NCBI GenBank assembly: GCA_001244265.2
Contig: CDLV01000011.1
Coordinates: 1-64,000, forward strand
Direction: 5' to 3'
Source: Microbotryum violaceum
Lineage: Eukaryota
Length of the DNA stretch: 64,000 nt
Shown here one piece after another: positions 61,985-64,000 of this stretch. The notes under the pieces were generated by a model. The model ran no database searches. It was not told the origin of the DNA and saw only the letters and a list, made by a program, of their open reading frames with translations. Both the position numbers and the translations under genes were made by a program. Every line of letters starts with the position of its first letter. Within the stretch, counting starts at the first letter, position 1.

Positions 61985-63162
61985 GATGAGGTAGTGGGTG
62001 TTATCTCGGGTACGACCGATGACGAGGAAGGAGCAAGATCGTGAGGGTGGGTGACGTCTGCGCGACCCGTGGGTCCTGCTCTGTGGGTGACTTAAGGTCA
62101 CTTATTAGGGTGATTTATTAGGGTGACTTGGGGGTGACTTGCCCGTTTGCCAAAAGGCGACGAACGGGAGCGAACGGGCGAGAACACGCGCGCCGAGCGA
62201 GTCGAAAGGCGAGTACGGTGTGAATTATTAATTACTCCCTCTTGTTAGAACCAACTATTTTCGCTCGGAACTTCGAAAGGTTTGCTTTACGCGCCTTCCC
62301 ACGCCAACAAACCCCCCGTTTTCCATATCTTTCGTTCCAACTCGAGCAGCCTCAGGTGTCCCACTCGCGGCGATCTCCATACCCATTCAATCTCGGAGGC
62401 GGCGAGATCAACGCCTACTAGCCCAGTGGTGCTGGTGGTGCTGGTGGTGCTGGCGGTGCTGGAGGTCCTGTTGGTGCTGGTACTGGCGGTCCTGGTGGTG
62501 CCGATGCTGGCGGTGCAGACGGTGCCGCTGGTGCGAGTGCGAACGCGGAGTCTGGTGGTGGGGCACGCCTGCAAGACCTAATGGCCTCTTTCGGTCACGA
62601 GCTCTACAGTATTTTCCAGGCGGGAGCACCGGACTCCCATTAGAAGTCCTTCAGTTCCTACACCGTCACCACGTCCCACTTGGTTTCGGCCTACACGGAC
62701 TCGCCGGTTACGGTCTCATCGGACTTGTTTGACATCGCGTCCAACCGGGCCAGATCAGCAGCGATCCCCGTCGCGAACCTGTCCCCCGTGCGGCCGTCTT
62801 TCCTCTACAGACATTTCTTCATCAAGCATAAATCCTACGGAACCTTCTCAACGGGAAACGGCTTTTCCTGTTCATATGGTTTTAAGATGCTTCTTCGTCG
62901 GCGAGAGTCCCTAGGTCGGCTTTGGACAAGCCCTCCGCTTTTCCTTCTATCACAGGTTTACGTGCGGCCTTGACCGGTTTCGTTACGCCCGTCAACCTTG
63001 ATTGGTCTGATCGATGGCACTCGGCAGTGGACCGCCACGCCAGCACTGCGCTCCAGGATTCCCACCACCACCCAATCGCTTCCCACCCACCTGCCCAACT
63101 CGTCGGCTCGCACCCCATCGACGGCGGCGCGCGGGCCTAATCTCGCACCCTCTCATCCGCCA

Positions 63163-63453
63163 TGGCCGTCATCGACACTACGGCACTCGACTTGCGCGCA
63201 CTCGATTGTTGCAAAGCATCGTCGAGGTGCAATATGCCTAGTAGGCCGTAGGCCTCGCGTGCATGTCTTATTTGTCCTGGTTGAGTCTTGTCGTGGTTGA
63301 TAGTCGCGACGAAAAAGCCAGACAAGACTCAACCTGGACGATCAAGAAAAGGGCGCGATGACTTCGGCTTACTAGGCATTTTTCGGGCGTTGACGATGCT
63401 TTTCAAACAATCGAGTTCGCGCAAGTCGAGTACCGCAGTGTCGATGACGGCCA
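63163..63453. repeat. Imperfect inverted repeat, ~135-bp arms and ~20-bp loop
   Basis: tggccgtcatcgacact..ctcgacttgcgcg..ctcgattgtt..ggttgagtcttgtc is mirrored at 63318-63453. Both arms translate to similar peptides (AVIDT..LDLR.LDC). Confidence 0.85.
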
Positions 63454-63804
63454 CGATAGAGCAGAGTATACGAAGCGACAATTCTTCGCGCAAATGGGCA
63501 AACCTCGACATTCGAAGGCGATGAACTAGTCCTTCCTAGAAGCGCCGTCCAAGTACGAGGCCAAGGTCCCCAAGCTCACGAGAAAACTGAGGACGGTGTG
63601 TGCGATGGAAGACATGGCTGAGGCGATCAGGGATGTGGTGAGTGTCCTGGTGCCATCGCTTGGCCTCGACCGTACGAGAATGACTGACGACTGTCTCCCG
63701 ATCCACGATGCACCTGGCTGTAGACTGGCGATCGACGTCTAGTCGGATGTGACAACTTGGGTAGGTATATCGAGCTCGAGCCCCGATTGCGCGGAGCAGA
63801 AGAA

Positions 63805-64000
63805 GACGCCCGATGCCGTCAGGCTTAGTCCCTCGGTGTCGGTACGCGACGCGGCGGGCATCTTGCGACGTAGTGCGATGGCATCGTCGAGGCGGGATTG
63901 CTCGACTCATGCGACTCTCATAGCATACTCGGCGGCAGGGGTAGGCGATGCTGACGTGATCGGGGCGATCGTTCTGGGGTCGACAGGTACGTGTCGTGCG
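63805..64000 (-). pseudogene. Fragment of a fourth FunK1-type gene, running off the window
   Basis: Clear nucleotide homology to 55048-55225 (ggcttagtccctcggtgtcgg.acgcgacgcggcg.gcatcttgcga.gtagtgcgatg). Confidence 0.75.

Noticed and set aside
62095-62140. ttaggg-containing repeats as a telomere or interstitial telomere
   Set aside because: Only two ttaggg within ~12-bp ggtgac/ggtgat repeats upstream of ABP1; not a telomeric array.
1-64000. RIP-like hypermutation as the cause of pseudogene decay
   Set aside because: Some stops are transition-derived, but a context bias cannot be shown without alignments to consensus, and the 2.7-kb duplication shows no such damage.
1-64000. tRNA/rRNA genes and the many antisense or overlapping ORFs in the track
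   Set aside because: No cloverleaf or rRNA-like sequence recognised. The overlapping ORFs are shadows of GC-rich coding or low-complexity sequence.

Overview
Intron-rich fungal DNA, most consistent with a basidiomycete (Microbotryomycetes/Microbotryum-like is an impression from gene families, not a search result). Repeat and pseudogene blocks (~1-17.3 kb, ~53.6-57.3 kb, ~62.2-64 kb) hold decayed Ty3/Gypsy and Ty1/Copia elements, LTR-like pieces, at least four broken fungal-type (FunK1) kinase genes, a broken IRC3-like helicase and several fold-back inverted repeats. Between them is a gene-dense region: centromeric histone CenH3, a mitochondrial carrier, NOP12, ADI1, an NT-C2 protein, OXR1, WDR89, two inverted siderophore-transporter genes flanking a DNAJC7-like gene, a six-exon small gene invisible in the ORF track, a MEF2-type MADS factor, a DPP-IV-type peptidase, two SDRs and ABP1. 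The strongest finding is a reconstructable inversion at 32.7-42.2 kb. It duplicated the siderophore transporter, left a perfect iron-repressor-type GATA site on only one copy, and split a neighbouring gene into two still-open halves that share a 14-bp in-frame overlap. All gene models were assembled by eye and family calls rest on recalled motifs, so boundaries and names need alignment and RNA-seq confirmation.
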